Notes: a model not told the origin generated them from the letters alone. DNA of 61,705 bases, filler included, from Basidiobolus ranarum (GCA_040143965.1; 16 parts of 16 records of this genome joined end to end with filler, not necessarily neighbours in it); one strand, 5' to 3'. Counted from the whole stretch's first letter, positions 21,077 through 34,349 are shown. A program made the numbers and translations.

Positions 21077-22326
21077 TCATAAAAACGGGTAAACATCGGT
21101 GATTTGAGTAGCATCAAGGCACTTTCGATCCTCAGCTCTTGGGTGCACATTCCAGTTTAGCATTGATTGGTCGAATCCATTGTCCGAGCAACTATTCCAG
21201 GAATGGTTGTGAGGGACGTCGGTGTCGCAGAAAGAGTACATCATAGGCTGGGGCGGATTCAGGGTGGGGCTCTCCAAGCTGTACATCCAGGAAAGCTTCG
21301 AGAATATTTCGAATTCCTGATTGGCCGTTTCAATGGTCCAGTTTTCAGTTTTGCCAAATGAACTATCTGGTTGGGGAACCGGGTACTGAGGCGCCTGCGG
21401 ATGCTTCGTGCTGTCTTGGCTGGTTTTGCGGTTCTTTTGTTCGATGGAAAGGGAATGCTCAGCGTTGGTTGCAAAGATGTCTTCGTAACTGCGTAACCTT
21501 TGTCTTAAAACCTGTACTTCCATGTTTAGGCTCTGGCAATTAGCACAGTGTTCGGTCTGGTTTTCAACTAGATTGGATGTTAGCAAAGTTTAAGGAAGAT
21601 GCTTACGACCTTTCATATTTTAGCTTACCTAATTCACCCGAGTCTTCGCTTTCACTGGAACTGCAGTCCAGTCCACCAATCAGGTGTGGTAGAAGGATCT
21701 CTTCGTCACCTTTCTCCGAGCTGTTGCTGTGGATCTTTGACTTGACTCTCGCGGCCCGATTTACCGATCTTTTAATCAGATGGAGTTGGTTGTACTTTCC
21801 TCGTTGAAAGTTTGGATGAGTGAAGACGGAGGCTAGCTGACTGGAGGGGTTTTTCGCCTTACGGGCATCAGAGATACGGCGAAATTCATAATTCTAAGTA
21901 ACCATGGAAAGAGATTAGTCCTTTGTTACAAATACACGCACGAACATCCACGCGCAGTGGGTCGATCATGATTGACTTTTCATGATACTTACGTTTAATT
22001 GACGAACAAAGGATGAAAACGTGGAGGCTTTGAAAAATTTTGGTAGTACCACGGCAGCAAGTAACGGACCATCGGGAATGACAAAGCTGTTACCCGAAGA
22101 GTTCCAACGAATGTATTCAGCGTGTCTTTCATTATCAAGCATTCTAAAATGGAATCACCAAAGAGTTAAACAAAGAGTCCACGCGAATATCCCTTTTAGA
22201 TGGCCCATTGGTATGTTGGCTCATTACTAACCTGTACAGCTTGCGAACAAAAACTGGGATTTCTTTGGACTGAGGGGGGATCTGAGTGTCCATACTGTCG
22301 AGCATTGGCGAAAGATTGGCGTTCAT
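21077..22326 (-). CDS. HSF-type DNA-binding domain transcription factor, 4 exons
   Basis: Exons 22326-22232, 22143-21993, 21893-21629, 21567-21077; IPVFVRKLYRML...IRWNSSGNSFVI...VLPKFFKASTFSSFVRQLNNYEFRR...FTHPNFQRG. Confidence 0.92.
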
Positions 22327-23064
22327 GGTTTGAAGGAGGAGAATCTGGAATAGAGTTGCCTGAAAGGTCTTGGTTGTCGAGTAGTAACGAAAACCTCGTA
22401 ACCACCGCCCCTTTTATATCAAGATTAACATTTTTTTGTCCAGGCAAAACAGGGTTTTGGTCATCATTTCCAGAGTATAGCGCTCACTGGTATGAAGCCA
22501 CAGTCTAGCAGGTTTTTTTTGTTTTAGGCGATCCTAATGGTTTGCCTCCCATAGATTGTTAATGAACTTGGTATATTCACATGGAGTGGTCGATCGACAG
22601 GCTAATCAACTGTGCGGCACTTAGGGTTAGGCACGGTCACCTCGGTTTACGTTAAAAAGGCAAATTATTTCAATGGAATTTCGTGATTTTTTTAATTTAA
22701 CTCGGTTGAGTGAAACTCAGATCAGTATTTCTAATGATAAAAGGGATCTTTTGTATTGAGTGACAGCTTTACGAATACAAGCCAAGTCTCATGGAGCTCT
22801 ACATTATTCCGAAATTCTGAGATTCCTTCAGGTGAGCACTGCCATCTACGTATACTTTATACGTACATTTTACAAGCTAACTTCATCTAATTTTCCCTAT
22901 TGACTTAGAACCCATCGAGTGGAGAATGGATTGCATGCCGGTGTGTGTGTGAATATCCTGAATCGATTCAGATATGCCTCGAAATTGGATATGGCCTTGG
23001 TAGATCTTTCGTAGTGAATAAGCAGATAAGAATAGATACACGTATCATAAATATAAAACAGGTT

Positions 23065-23152
23065 TTAGGAGGTGGTGTATAGAGGAGGTAGTGTATAGGA
23101 GGTGGGGTATAGAGGAGGTTGTGTATAGTGCTGAGATGATGGTTCTTTCTTT
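23065..23152 (-). CDS. Probable 3' end of an unknown gene with a short Pro/Tyr repeat
   Basis: Open frame from the contig edge: KKEPSSQHYTQPPLYPTSYTLPPLYTTS*; 30-nt in-frame period. Confidence 0.35.
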
Positions 23153-23252
23153 NNNNNNNNNNNNNNNNNNNNNNNNNNNNNNNNNNNNNNNNNNNNTTAA
23201 TTAATTAANNNNNNNNNNNNNNNNNNNNNNNNNNNNNNNNNNNNNNNNNNNN

Positions 23253-23588
23253 CTTTACCTAAACACCTATATAGTCATATATAGCTTAGTACTTAGTTAT
23301 CTTATAACTCACTAAGATATTATCCATTATTCTCATAAAGAATTTACTTAGAATATTGACACCAACTTAGAAGTTCACAGATATATAGCTTTTTCAAACT
23401 TGTGCTAGAAGCCCCAAACTTTGCACACATGTTCCTGGGATCTTCCTTAACACATTCTACACATTTGTTTGTTTATGTCTTGACAAAACTATAAATGTCA
23501 AATTTCTACCCAATAAATTGATATGTGAAAACCACTAATTCCTCTAATTCTCCAAACCACTTCCAACAGGCTCCCAAATACTTTAACA
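23253..23588 (+). repeat. LTR family A, nearly complete
   Basis: CCTAAACACCTATATAGTCATATATAGC...CCAACAGGCTCCCAAATACTTTAACA. Confidence 0.92.
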
Positions 23589-23774
23589 GATATGAGTATT
23601 TTCTCAGCTACAATCATGGACCTACCTTAAGAATTCAAACAAAGGTATTTTATAGTGAAAATTTGCAAAATACTAAAATAAAGACTGAATAAACATTATG
23701 CTCAAAATATCTATTTTAGTTTTCTTTAGACTCTACAAGCCAAAATCACTTTGATATTAGCCAAATCTTGAGTG

Positions 23775-24089
23775 TACTGAAATTAAAATTGCCTAAACAT
23801 CTATAGAGTCATATACAGCTTAGTATATAGTTATCACATATTGAACTAAGATACCCCTCACTATTTTTAATAGGAATTTACTTATTAGACTTTGAGAACT
23901 TGTCCCAGAGGCCCCAAACTTTGCACACATGTTCTTGGGACTTTTCTTAACACATTATTCATGTGTTTTTGTTTACATCTTGACATAACTATAAATGCCA
24001 ACTTTCAACCCAATAAATCAGTATGTGAAAACCGCCAATTCCTCTAGTTCTCTAAGCCGCTTCCAAGATGCTCTGAAAATACTCCAATA
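23775..24089 (+). repeat. Diverged solo LTR-A
   Basis: Aligns to LTR-A with internal deletion; near-TSD GAGTG/GAGAG. Confidence 0.8.
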
Positions 24090-24540
24090 GAGAGAAGATA
24101 AAATATACAAGCCCATTCCAAAGTCTCTCAATTTCTTCTTAACATGATTAGCACCATAGTAATAAGATCCTAAGCAAGATTTATCTCGAATTCCATATAT
24201 CTTAATAACTGTCCTGTGCAAACTTCATCTCAAAGCCTTGCAGTAAGTGATAGATGTAATGGACCTGTAGACACTTTGATAAAATTAATTAAGGTTGGAT
24301 GGGATATAACTCATAGCTATATCGCCCAATAGTAGAGTATGAAACATCACTTGTATAGGTACTTTGGGTATTGTGGCTTATTTTGAGTGTCTGGGACAAT
24401 GTATTTTATGGTTCAATTGAATGAAAAGTCAATGAAAATACTGCAACTATGAACACATGATCAAAAAAAGTAATCAGGTACCTACCTGGGAAACACACTC
24501 TCTGAAACTCCCAAGGAATCGATGTATACAGTGTAGATAC

Positions 24541-24767
24541 TATTGAAATTAGCATTGCCTAAACACCTATATAGTCATATATAGCTTTTTAAGTTTTGTG
24601 CTAGAAGCCCCAAACTTTGCACACCTGTTCCTGGATCCTCCCTAACACATTCTACACGTTAGTTTGCTTACATCTTGACAAAACGATAAATGTCAACTTT
24701 CAACTCAATATATCAATTTCTCTAGTTCTCCAAACCACTTCCAACAGGCTCCCAAAATACTTTAGCA
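24541..24767 (+). repeat. Solo LTR-A with internal deletions
   Basis: TATTGAAATTAGC...TTTAGCA; perfect 5-bp TSD GATAC on both sides. Confidence 0.85.
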
Positions 24768-26922
24768 GATACAAGTATATGCTCCGATTTAGAGCCAAGT
24801 GATATTTGACTAGATAATTTGAACCAATCTAGATGTGAAATATGAAGTAGTTGAGTGTATAAAGATAGCGAATATGCTTAAAGCAGAAAGCTTCAACAAC
24901 TTTAACTCCATTCACCATACAGCCTCTAAATCCATTTCGCATCTATAGTTGGTGATGCATTTGATAAGCTGATAATTATCTCTCAGAACTATAATTTAGA
25001 ATCCAGGCTATATATTGAGCATGCATCCCATGTTCCTAGATACATCAGTGATATTTCTATCGCTTATACATCAATTGTATGACAATATATAGAGGAGATC
25101 AATGATACTTTCTATTGAAAACACTTGTAGCGAGACAAATATCGCCAGAATTTGATTTGTAGTTATTGCTGCTGAAAGAGCCGATAATGATGATACATAC
25201 ATACAATTTGTGTTGATATGAATGAAAGAAGGTAAGATCTGGAGATCCTATGTACTGGTCATTTCAAATACCCACTTATTGGCTGAATTTGGAAATCATA
25301 TTATTCTAGTCTGAGGCATCTCAGAATAATTTGGACAAGTTGAGTGATTGGTAAACGTGGAGAATTCTAAATTTCTTATAGTGTATCCTACATACATGGC
25401 TCAATATCAACAAATATTAACTGTGTAGAGTGCATGAATGCTTTAGTGTTTAACTGATAATTCCGCTTAAATCACAAACTATTCAAAATAAGGCATTGAT
25501 GGGGGGGGAGAATTGATCATTACAATATATGACATCACCGGCTCATCTCTATTCTATATTTAGTCATGTAAGTATGGATGAACCCCGATCACATTAAATG
25601 CAATCACTAGTTAAAGCGCCAACAAACCAGAAGCGAATCAAATCGCTGTAAGTCCAGAGCATGGAATATCCCTGTTCACCATCCTTCTGTCAGTCTTAAC
25701 GAAATTGGGTTTTAACCTCTGATAACGCACCTCAGGCTGCGTTGACTTAATATGATGAAGTTAACCTTAAGAACAACTATATTGCTGTAGTAGGAGCGGT
25801 ATCCATTTCAGATACTATGACTGACCCCACCAACTCGAGCAGATAGTTGGCAGGCTAATGATTTGTATTACCTCGCCATACCGGCCTATCAAAGCCCAAA
25901 CCCTAGCTAACCATCGCTGATGCCCTCTACAAACCTCTTAACGTACCTGATCATTTTTGGATCATCCATATTTGTCATTTTTGTCAGTATTCACCTCTAC
26001 CAATGCGAGACCAACCAAGAGTCAATTAGAGGTGGTCCATTGGCTATGCCCGGTGTAACATAATTCTTGGCTACCATTGTTGGTCTCGGAGTGGACTAAA
26101 TGAGTGAATTCAAAATCAGTTCAGTTTATCATTTAAGAGGAAGAAGTAATCCGCCCACAATCCACCAAAATTGGAAATGCACCGTTAAAATCTGATGACG
26201 TGAAAGATCACGATCAGGCTTCAGCATAGAATGTCCATAGGAAGAGGCACTTCAGAGACGGGTACTGATATCTAAGGAAATACAAGGTGTTACCAGAACG
26301 CGAAGCGCGTACTCAACACTAGGTAATCTTGTAGAATTGAATCACTAGTTACGGATTCCCATTTCGGCATCTTAAGCCGGTTAATCATATATCGAGATGT
26401 CACCGCATTAGAATGTATGAAAATCTTGAATTGCCCGCATATGTCTCATTGGTGCTGAATTTATATGGATCGTTGATATCATTCCTAAATCAAGACTGGT
26501 CGCATGGATCTTCTTGGTCTGTACTAAAAAAGATAATGAAAACAAAGCATTGCAATCTATGTTTACATCGCCTTGTCAGACCTTAATATTAACTACAATT
26601 TTACTAACATTACGGCAGAGTTTATTCATACTGGCAAACCCTTAAATATTATCACATTACAAGTGAATAATATTGAGATATCTGCTTCATCTAAATTCAT
26701 CGATAACGAGGTACCAAACAGATATTTGGAAATGCTGTGTTCCTACAAAAACACTCCGCCTCTGTAGGTAAGTAACACTGCATACAAATCCGTTGGTTTT
26801 TTTTGTTCTCCCAACCCACAGGAAGTCCAAAACGGAATCTATATAAGAGATGAGACAGACGTCAGTTGCTGATCATCAAGTAATTTGACTCATTTTATCA
26901 ACAAGCAAAGCTTTCGACAACA

Positions 26923-27018
26923 ATGTTCTCCAAATTCTCTACTTCTCTTATCTTCTTACTTGGTGTCTCCTCCACTGTTATGGCTCATATGTCCATGACC
27001 CAGCCTGCTCCTCGTAAG
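26923..27018 (+). CDS. Secreted protein with mature N-terminal His; probable lytic polysaccharide monooxygenase (AA11-like), truncated
   Basis: MFSKFSTSLIFLLGVSSTVMA|HMSMTQPAPRK; TATA box CTATATAAG at about 26839; only 32 codons visible. Confidence 0.65.
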
Positions 27019-27118
27019 NNNNNNNNNNNNNNNNNNNNNNNNNNNNNNNNNNNNNNNNNNNNTTAATTAATTAANNNNNNNNNNNNNNNNNNNNNNNNNN
27101 NNNNNNNNNNNNNNNNNN

Positions 27119-27339
27119 ATGTAGAATATGTTAAGGAAGGTCCCAGGAACATGTGTGCAAAGTTTGGATCTTTTAGCACAAGTTTGAAATATCTATATAT
27201 CTGAGAACTTCCAAGTTAGTAAAAATAATTGAAGTCAATTCAATTGAGAATAATTGATAATATCTTAGTGAATTTTAAGATAACTAAGTGCTAAGCTATA
27301 TATGACTATATAGGTGTTTAGGCAATGCTAATTTCAACA
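27119..27339 (-). repeat. LTR-A 5' part inserted in reverse into Copia RNase H
   Basis: Ends GGCAATGCTAATTTCAACA; RNase H coding (FHTRSKHIAIRHHFIR) follows immediately. Confidence 0.88.
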
Positions 27340-27886
27340 GTTTCATACTAGAAGCAAACATATAGCTATTAGACATCATTTTATCAGAGGTATTATGGAG
27401 AATAAGTTTATTGACTTTACTTATTGTTCTGCAGAAGACATGATTGCTAATATCTAACTACACCACTAGCTAGACAGAAATTTGAGAAATTTAGACCTTC
27501 CTTAGGATTAGTTTATATGACTATTTAGTTGAGGGAGAGTGTTGAAATTAGTATTGCCTAAGCACCTATATAGTGACATATAGCTTAGTATTTAGTTATC
27601 TTATATCTACTAAGATATTATTCATTATTCTCAATTGGAATTTACTTGGAATATTTTTTCCAACTTAGAAGTTCTCAGATATATGGATTTTTCAAACTTG
27701 TGCTAGAAGCCCCAAACTTTGCACACATATTCCTGGGATTTTCTCTAACACATTCTTCATGTTAGTTTGTTTACATCTTGACAAAACTATAAATGTTAAC
27801 TTTCAGCTCAATCATTCAATAAGTGAAAACCACCAATTCCTCTAATTCTCCAAACCACTTCCAACAGGCTCCCAGATACTTTAACA
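27340..27886 (+). mobile_element. Copia family A 3' end: RNase H remnant, PPT, complete 3' LTR (27540-27886)
   Basis: KHIAIRHHFIR, EDMIAN; PPT GAGGGAGAG 27531-27539; LTR TGTTG...TAACA, 347 nt. Confidence 0.92.
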
Positions 27887-29185
27887 GAAACAAAGTCTCA
27901 AAACTATTAACATTCAAATCAATGAAGGCTCAAGAAGTGGTTATTGGTAAGGCATGCTTTTGTTAAAAGGGTTTGCCTATAAAATGTGAATATTACTAGC
28001 CCTGTTTTGTAACTAAAATACGACATGATCGCTTCATGGACAGCTGCTGATAGATGAAACCAGCAGAGTTACTCAAATTGAAACAAGGGTGATTCATTTG
28101 CTTGGAGTTGGAGGATCGCAATATCTGTAGATGAAGTGAGATTCAGTTAACTGAATGATAGTGTTTCCCATGTTCGCCCTTTGAATTGCTACGCCCCCTG
28201 CCTATCCTTGATCACGTCATGTATCCAGAAGGAAGCTCTGAGTTAAGCTCAGAATAGCCTGGTGGGAGTGATGACGACTATCGCAGGTAGTAAGGATTCC
28301 TAACCATTCGGATCATCATCATATATGTGACTTTCATGGAATATCAACATGGGTGTTACTATCTTCATGTATTGCTTGCATTCGCAGCAGGATAAGCATA
28401 ATAGTAGCTCTGCTTCCGAACTTCTCAACACTGTTGTGATCCGATGAGCTTACCTATGGATCAGCTGATCGTTTACCTGCGTAGACATCTCAATCTGTAT
28501 TTAGCTATATCTGCTGGAGCGTAGTGCTGGCCAGTTCGTCATCCATTACCTACTAGATGAAGCAATGGCTCAAAAGGAAATCCTACTGAATTTCACTGAA
28601 CAGGCCTGGGAAGACCGACATTACCTAACTGTGAATTAATTTGGCCGTGCATTCCGCAGATGCAGTTAAACCTAAATCCTTGCTCAATGTCTAAATGCAG
28701 CTACTGATGATTTGGCAAAACATCGGAATGATGCTTCGGTAGCCATGATTGGTAGAAATATAGATTACTTCAGATTGGTCACTTGGTGTATTTCTGCCAT
28801 GTGAGATATGAGTAGTCATTGGGGTGATCCTCTTAAAAGTGGAATCTATTTGATTTTCGGTGCCCTTCTCCCACATTAGAAATGATGGAATGTATGATTT
28901 GGGTCCGAGTCTGCCACCGCAGTCAATTATGATTCGTTGATCATGTGTAATTGTACGTAAATTCGTCGCAATAACTACAACTCAACACTGCCTAAAATTT
29001 AACCTGCCTTTGTATAAAAAATATACCAGTCAAGCGCAAGAGTAGCAAAACATACCAGGCATATCTAAAAACACTTCTAAAATCTGTATATTGATCTCAG
29101 AAGCGTACACTCACTAGTGCAACACGGACTGTAAAAACTTCCTTCGCATACCATATCTGTACCCCTTAGCTTCTATCAATCAAAC

Positions 29186-30881
29186 ATGAGTTGGTCTATG
29201 AGCGGTACTGAATTTAAAGACTCCTCTAGTTTCGAGTCAAACGTTAACTGGGATGATAGTACTTGGGAATCAGACAGCAAGTCCACCGATTATGTGGAAA
29301 CTAGCTTCAATAAGAAATCTACCCCTTTTCCAAAACCTGAAGCTAAAAGCAAATTACTTGGCAGGATCTTGGACTCTTCAGGTATACCTCTTACTGCTCT
29401 TGATACCATTGAAATGATATTAAAAAGATATTTCTGTTTCCAGAGAACGCTACAAATTCTAATGGTCTACGTCGTGCATTCAGCTATCCTCATAAATTTG
29501 CGATAGATTCAAAACGTTTGGAGGAGAGCAAACGTCGCCAAGGAAGATTGCTCTTAGTTTCATTGCTGGAGAATTTTTGCGCGCTCTATGATCAATCACC
29601 CCAACATAACCGCAAGCTTTTTTTCATGATATGCAAAACTTTGAGCGGCATGGGGGTATGTGTAGTTTTTTTTCTCAGTGTTTTCTAATACACCATAACT
29701 AAAATATCTTTCTTAGCTTATTGATGAAGAATATATTGATGAGATGGCAGGTGTAAGATCAGCTTATATGTCTACTTTCAAACAACTAGTAATCCAGGCC
29801 ATGGCTACAATGAAGGTATCTATTTAGTACTTATATAGACAACACCAAGTTACCTTGGCTAATTATATACTCCCACTAATCTCTAGCAAGAATTGGAGCC
29901 TAAGCCACTTCGAAGAATGATGTCTATTAGTTATCGCAACGATGATAAGGACGCACAAGAAGGCGATTACTTCAGCGGATTACACGAGAAACATAGTAAC
30001 AGGTACGTTTTTACTATTCAACTTACCTAGTGAATTGCTTTGATACTAAGAGTATTTCACTCCCACTTTACAGTGAAACTCCTTCGGTCACAAGAACTTA
30101 CTCCAAATTAGCAAAGATGAGTTTCACAGACATTCTGGACTTGTATAATTCCCGATATGATACAGATTTCATTGAAGTGCGTAAATTGGGAAGAGGGGGC
30201 TTTGGTTCAGTTTTTAAGGTAAAGTCGATATTGAATGCGCGTGATATTTCTTGCATTCATTAAATTATATACTATTTAATGATGCCAGGTTCAAAACAAA
30301 TTGGACGGCTCGGTGTACGCCATCAAGAAGATTCGTTTGAGATCAGACAAGACCAGGCATGAAAAGATCTTTAGAGAGATCAAGTTTCTATCGAGGCTAG
30401 ATCATCCCAACGTAGTTAGATACTACGGATCCTGGCTTGAGAACGTAAAGAAAACCCGTGACGTAGAAAGCGACGAGGATTTTGACTACGAATACGATGA
30501 CGATGATCTCACCCAAAGCTTGGACACTGCTTCGCAGCAAAGTGTCACATTTGATTCTACTCTTCAGACTGTTTCCGATGATGAAAGTCTAGATCTCTCC
30601 CACTCTGAAATAAGCAATTCTATTGAATTTGTTTATGATGAACCGGTCTCGGTTGTAGATGAAAAGGTGATTCCCAATAGTCCCTCAAACAGTAATCTTA
30701 TCCATTTGGGCAAAGATACCCAGATCATGCCCTTGGATGACTTCTCTGTCAGTGAACCACCAACCGAAACAAGAGGCACATCCGTTGACTTTTCTTCCTC
30801 TAGCAGTATGGTTCTCACGCTTTTTCTACAAATGCATCTATGTCACTGCACCCTGCATGATTATCTTGAAGCTCGCAATCG
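29186..30881 (+). CDS. eIF2-alpha kinase, HRI-like, spliced, 3'-truncated
   Basis: N-terminal LLLVSLLENFCALYDQ...KLFFMICKTLSGMG; SRYDTDFIEVRKLGRGGFGSVFK; YAIKKI; LSRLDHPNVVRYYGSWLE; acidic kinase insert; LFLQMHLC. Confidence 0.88.
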
Positions 30882-30981
30882 NNNNNNNNNNNNNNNNNNN
30901 NNNNNNNNNNNNNNNNNNNNNNNNNTTAATTAATTAANNNNNNNNNNNNNNNNNNNNNNNNNNNNNNNNNNNNNNNNNNNN

Positions 30982-31300
30982 CTAAGTAAATTCCTTATGA
31001 GAATAATGGATAATATCTTAGTGAATTATAAGATAACTAAGTACTAAGCTATATATGACTATATAGGTGTTTAGGCAATGCTAATTTCAACAGTATGTAG
31101 TTATCCTATATTTCACTAAAAGCCCCAAACTTTGCACACATGCTCCTGGGACCTTCCTTAACACATTCTATATGTTAGTTTGTTTACATCTTGACAAAAC
31201 TATAAATGTCAACTGAATATTCAAAAGGTCAATAAGTGAAAACCACCAATTTCTCTAATTTTCCAAACTACTTCCAACAGGCTCCCAATATACTTTAACA
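30982..31300. repeat. LTR-A 5' end (-, 30982-31092) inserted into another LTR-A (+, 31093-31300)
   Basis: Both match the LTR-A consensus in opposite orientations. Confidence 0.85.
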
Positions 31301-33193
31301 ATTTGACCATTACTATTGCCTGATCTTATTGAGCATATGTGGAGTTATCATAAAGGAAGGCTCAGGGTGCATGCTATTCCATCACAGGATCTAAATAAGC
31401 TCTATATTCTTAGAGATAATTGTGACATTCAAAGAGATTGGAATAACAGAGAGAAGATTGGCATGACTCTTGCACAAGAATGGCTTGTAAGATTTGAGTG
31501 GACATCTCTTTGGAGAATATTTTTTCCTTCACTTAACCGTGGCATTACAGTCTAATAGGCCCTCAAGAAGAATAAAAAGCAATAAAGTCTACAACTTGAC
31601 CAAATGTGTATCCCAATTACAGGAACTCTATCATCCAAGAACTGAGTAAGGAGAATCCATATAATGTAAATAATGATATTTTGGTTACATAAGATCTGTT
31701 TCAGATGATTCTCGTTAAATGCTATCGAAATAGCATGCATAAACATTAGAAAATTCGAAAATTCTCTTTCTGTTTGGACTCTCCATAATTAATGTTGTCA
31801 TACTTGATTAGAAGTCGAGAAACGGGAACAATGATATGACTAATGATTCTTCTAGTAGAGCTGGCAAGAGTGGGGATAGTGTACATTATAGGAAAAAACG
31901 GAAACGGTATCGGGAATGCAGTGCGGTAATGATTTATCTTATAGCCATTGAGAGTAACTAGGACCTTAGGCAAATTGCTGAGCCATTGGGCCAGAATACT
32001 TGCTTTAATTCAAGATCATCAAAAAAATATAAATTGCCAAGTAAAACCTAGCGTGCACTCTGACAAATAGGCTTCGAATCATTTTTAACTTCATTCTATC
32101 CCAATTCAATCTTATTTCAACAGTACAAACGCTAACGAGACTTCTCTCTGAATCAGATTAACTACGCTGCCTACTGTCGTGACTGCTTATCCTTCTTTTG
32201 ATAGCAGATGACTTTCCTTGCTGCATTATCGGAGCTCTATTGGAGGAATATAAAACTTCATATGAGGTATGCGGCGGTCTACCTTATAAATGCCGAGTCA
32301 TTTGGAGTTACTTAATTAGGGATAAAGAAACAATTAGTTCTGGCACTAATAAGTCTCTTCATTTCCACTATATTTAATATCACGACCCGTAGTGCCCTCC
32401 AGGAGAAGCACTATGAGCATCTTAGCTTATACTAATAAAGCCTTCTGATTGGCATAAAATGGCTTACATTCTCCATGAAGTCACTGATATCGGCTGGCCT
32501 ATTTACATTACTATCGCATATTATCTTTGTATTTGCGAAAGAAAAACTTTCAAAGGTGGTAGAAATTGATCGGCTTAACCTGCTTGGAGTTTTCTCACTT
32601 GGCAATGGCCCACTTTAAATGAGATCCCTGAATATTCCGGTGTTTGCTTGATTCGAAGCAGGCCTAATTTAGATTTGGCACGGTATACCCGATTCATCAA
32701 GTTCTGCTATTATGCATTCGCTGTATCTCTACCACAGTCACATTCCATTTTGGACTCTAATTGGAAGAATCCGCCGGAGTCTTAAAACTATGTGGGTAAA
32801 ATATCAAATGGGTTTTAATCTTCATGATTTCGAGAGGCAGGGCTGCTTAGCCATGACCATTCATCGAGCAGCGATAAGAGTGCAAATCACACTCAAGGTA
32901 CGAATGTAACAACAGGCTTTGTGGAAGGAAAAGAAACGAATCACCGCTAAATTCTTGTTTAGAACTAAACCAATATGAAGGTTTACAGTTGCTTGTATGC
33001 GCATACTAAAAGGAATGTCGTTAGTATGGGTGGTGAATATTCGGCTATCAACAAAATACGGATATCCATGTATCCCACTAATGTTAGGGAACAAAAGGTA
33101 GTAAATGAAACTGGTGCTTTTATTAGTGCATTATTCTTGCCAGAAGATGTAACTACGCCATATTTCAATCAGTTTTAGTATAGAGGTTGTATT

Positions 33194-33793
33194 TTATCCC
33201 TGAAGTTTACATGAAGTGCGAGTAATATCAACGTTGTTGAGCTTACTACCATATTGGCGTATGATCTGTTCGTAATACTTCTTGTCACCAACTAAAAAGT
33301 CAATTTGCTTGTTACCAAAGCTCCAACCTTTGTCATCTACCCGAACACATCCATTATGAATACGACCATTAGGCATCCTGAGCCCCTGAAGCTGTTTTAC
33401 CACAACCGTGCTTCCAAATGGAATATCGTTAGCAGAGATACTAATAAAGGGCTTCAGAGCATTGCTCTTTGAACCCAAGCCGAAAGGATATCTCTTCGCA
33501 TCAAGGTCCATGAAGCAGTTGAATCCATTGCCGCAGCTGCATGCGAGATTAATTACTTTGCCCTTGCTCAAGCGAGCAGTACCCTCCATTCGAGCAGCTT
33601 CAGCAAATGATCGAGAAACCTTAGCGAGGGACTTTCCTGAACATGTCTTAATATTCACGTTCTTGGATCCCGAGTGGTCGCTCTCATTGGCAACCCAGTA
33701 GTAGGTCATCTTCACTCTTTTAGCCATGGCAGCAGCTTGGAAGAAAGCAAGACTCATAAGAGTGATAAAAAGTAACTTGGGAAGAGATTGCAT
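33194..33793 (-). CDS. Secreted 3D-domain (MltA/DPBB-like) protein, intronless, 199 aa
   Basis: Signal peptide MQSLPKLLFITLMSLAFFQAAAMA; MTYYW, MEGTARL, LKPFISISAND.PFG, GCVRVDDKGWSFGNKQIDFLVG; TATAAG upstream of the ATG at 33793. Confidence 0.78.
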   Translation of the reverse strand: MQSLPKLLFITLMSLAFFQAAAMAKRVKMTYYWVANESDHSGSKNVNIKTCSGKSLAKVSRSFAEAARMEGTARLSKGKVINLACSCGNGFNCFMDLDAKRYPFGLGSKSNALKPFISISANDIPFGSTVVVKQLQGLRMPNGRIHNGCVRVDDKGWSFGNKQIDFLVGDKKYYEQIIRQYGSKLNNVDITRTSCKLQG

Positions 33794-34349
33794 GGTCAAG
33801 AATATAGTAATCAAGTGAAGATCTGATGTTAGTTGTGTTTCTCGAGGGTGTATACTTATATCCAGGCCCATCCACACTTCAGTGTGCTCCCCTTTGTCAG
33901 TTTAATTAGTAATATTCGAGGTTTACTTGTAAGTTAACTCGGCTACTTCCAAATCCATCAGATTTCCTATGTCTCCTTGTCAACGCCATCTTAAATAAAC
34001 TTGTCGCACGACACGCATACTGCTACACCACTCTAGTTAGAATATCTTACGCCCAAAAGATCAACTAACCGTGGATAATGCTGAGATTGATTTATTAGTG
34101 ATATTAGCCTCATTCCATTCAACATCCCACTTTTCTTGCCTTCACTCTCATGAAAATCATAATAGGAGACGATCTAATGTCGATGCTACCCCTGGTTGGT
34201 CGGATCATATATTAGCATTTACAGTATGGAAATCTCCAAAATGTTGTACAGTTTAGGAAGTTCAAATTTGCTAAATCAATCTGAATCAGTAATAGATAAT
34301 GCTTGCTTTATACAATGGATTTAGGGTTATGGTCTCGTCGGTTCAAACC

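Noticed and set aside
23065..23130. G-rich GGAGGT(N)GTGTATAG tandem as a telomeric or regulatory array
   Set aside because: Better explained as an in-frame 30-nt coding repeat at a gene's 3' end on the minus strand
28000..28640. Coding-like fragments (…FVIHYLLDEAMAQKEILLNFTEQAWEDRHYL*)
   Set aside because: No recognisable family and frequent stops; cannot be supported without a search
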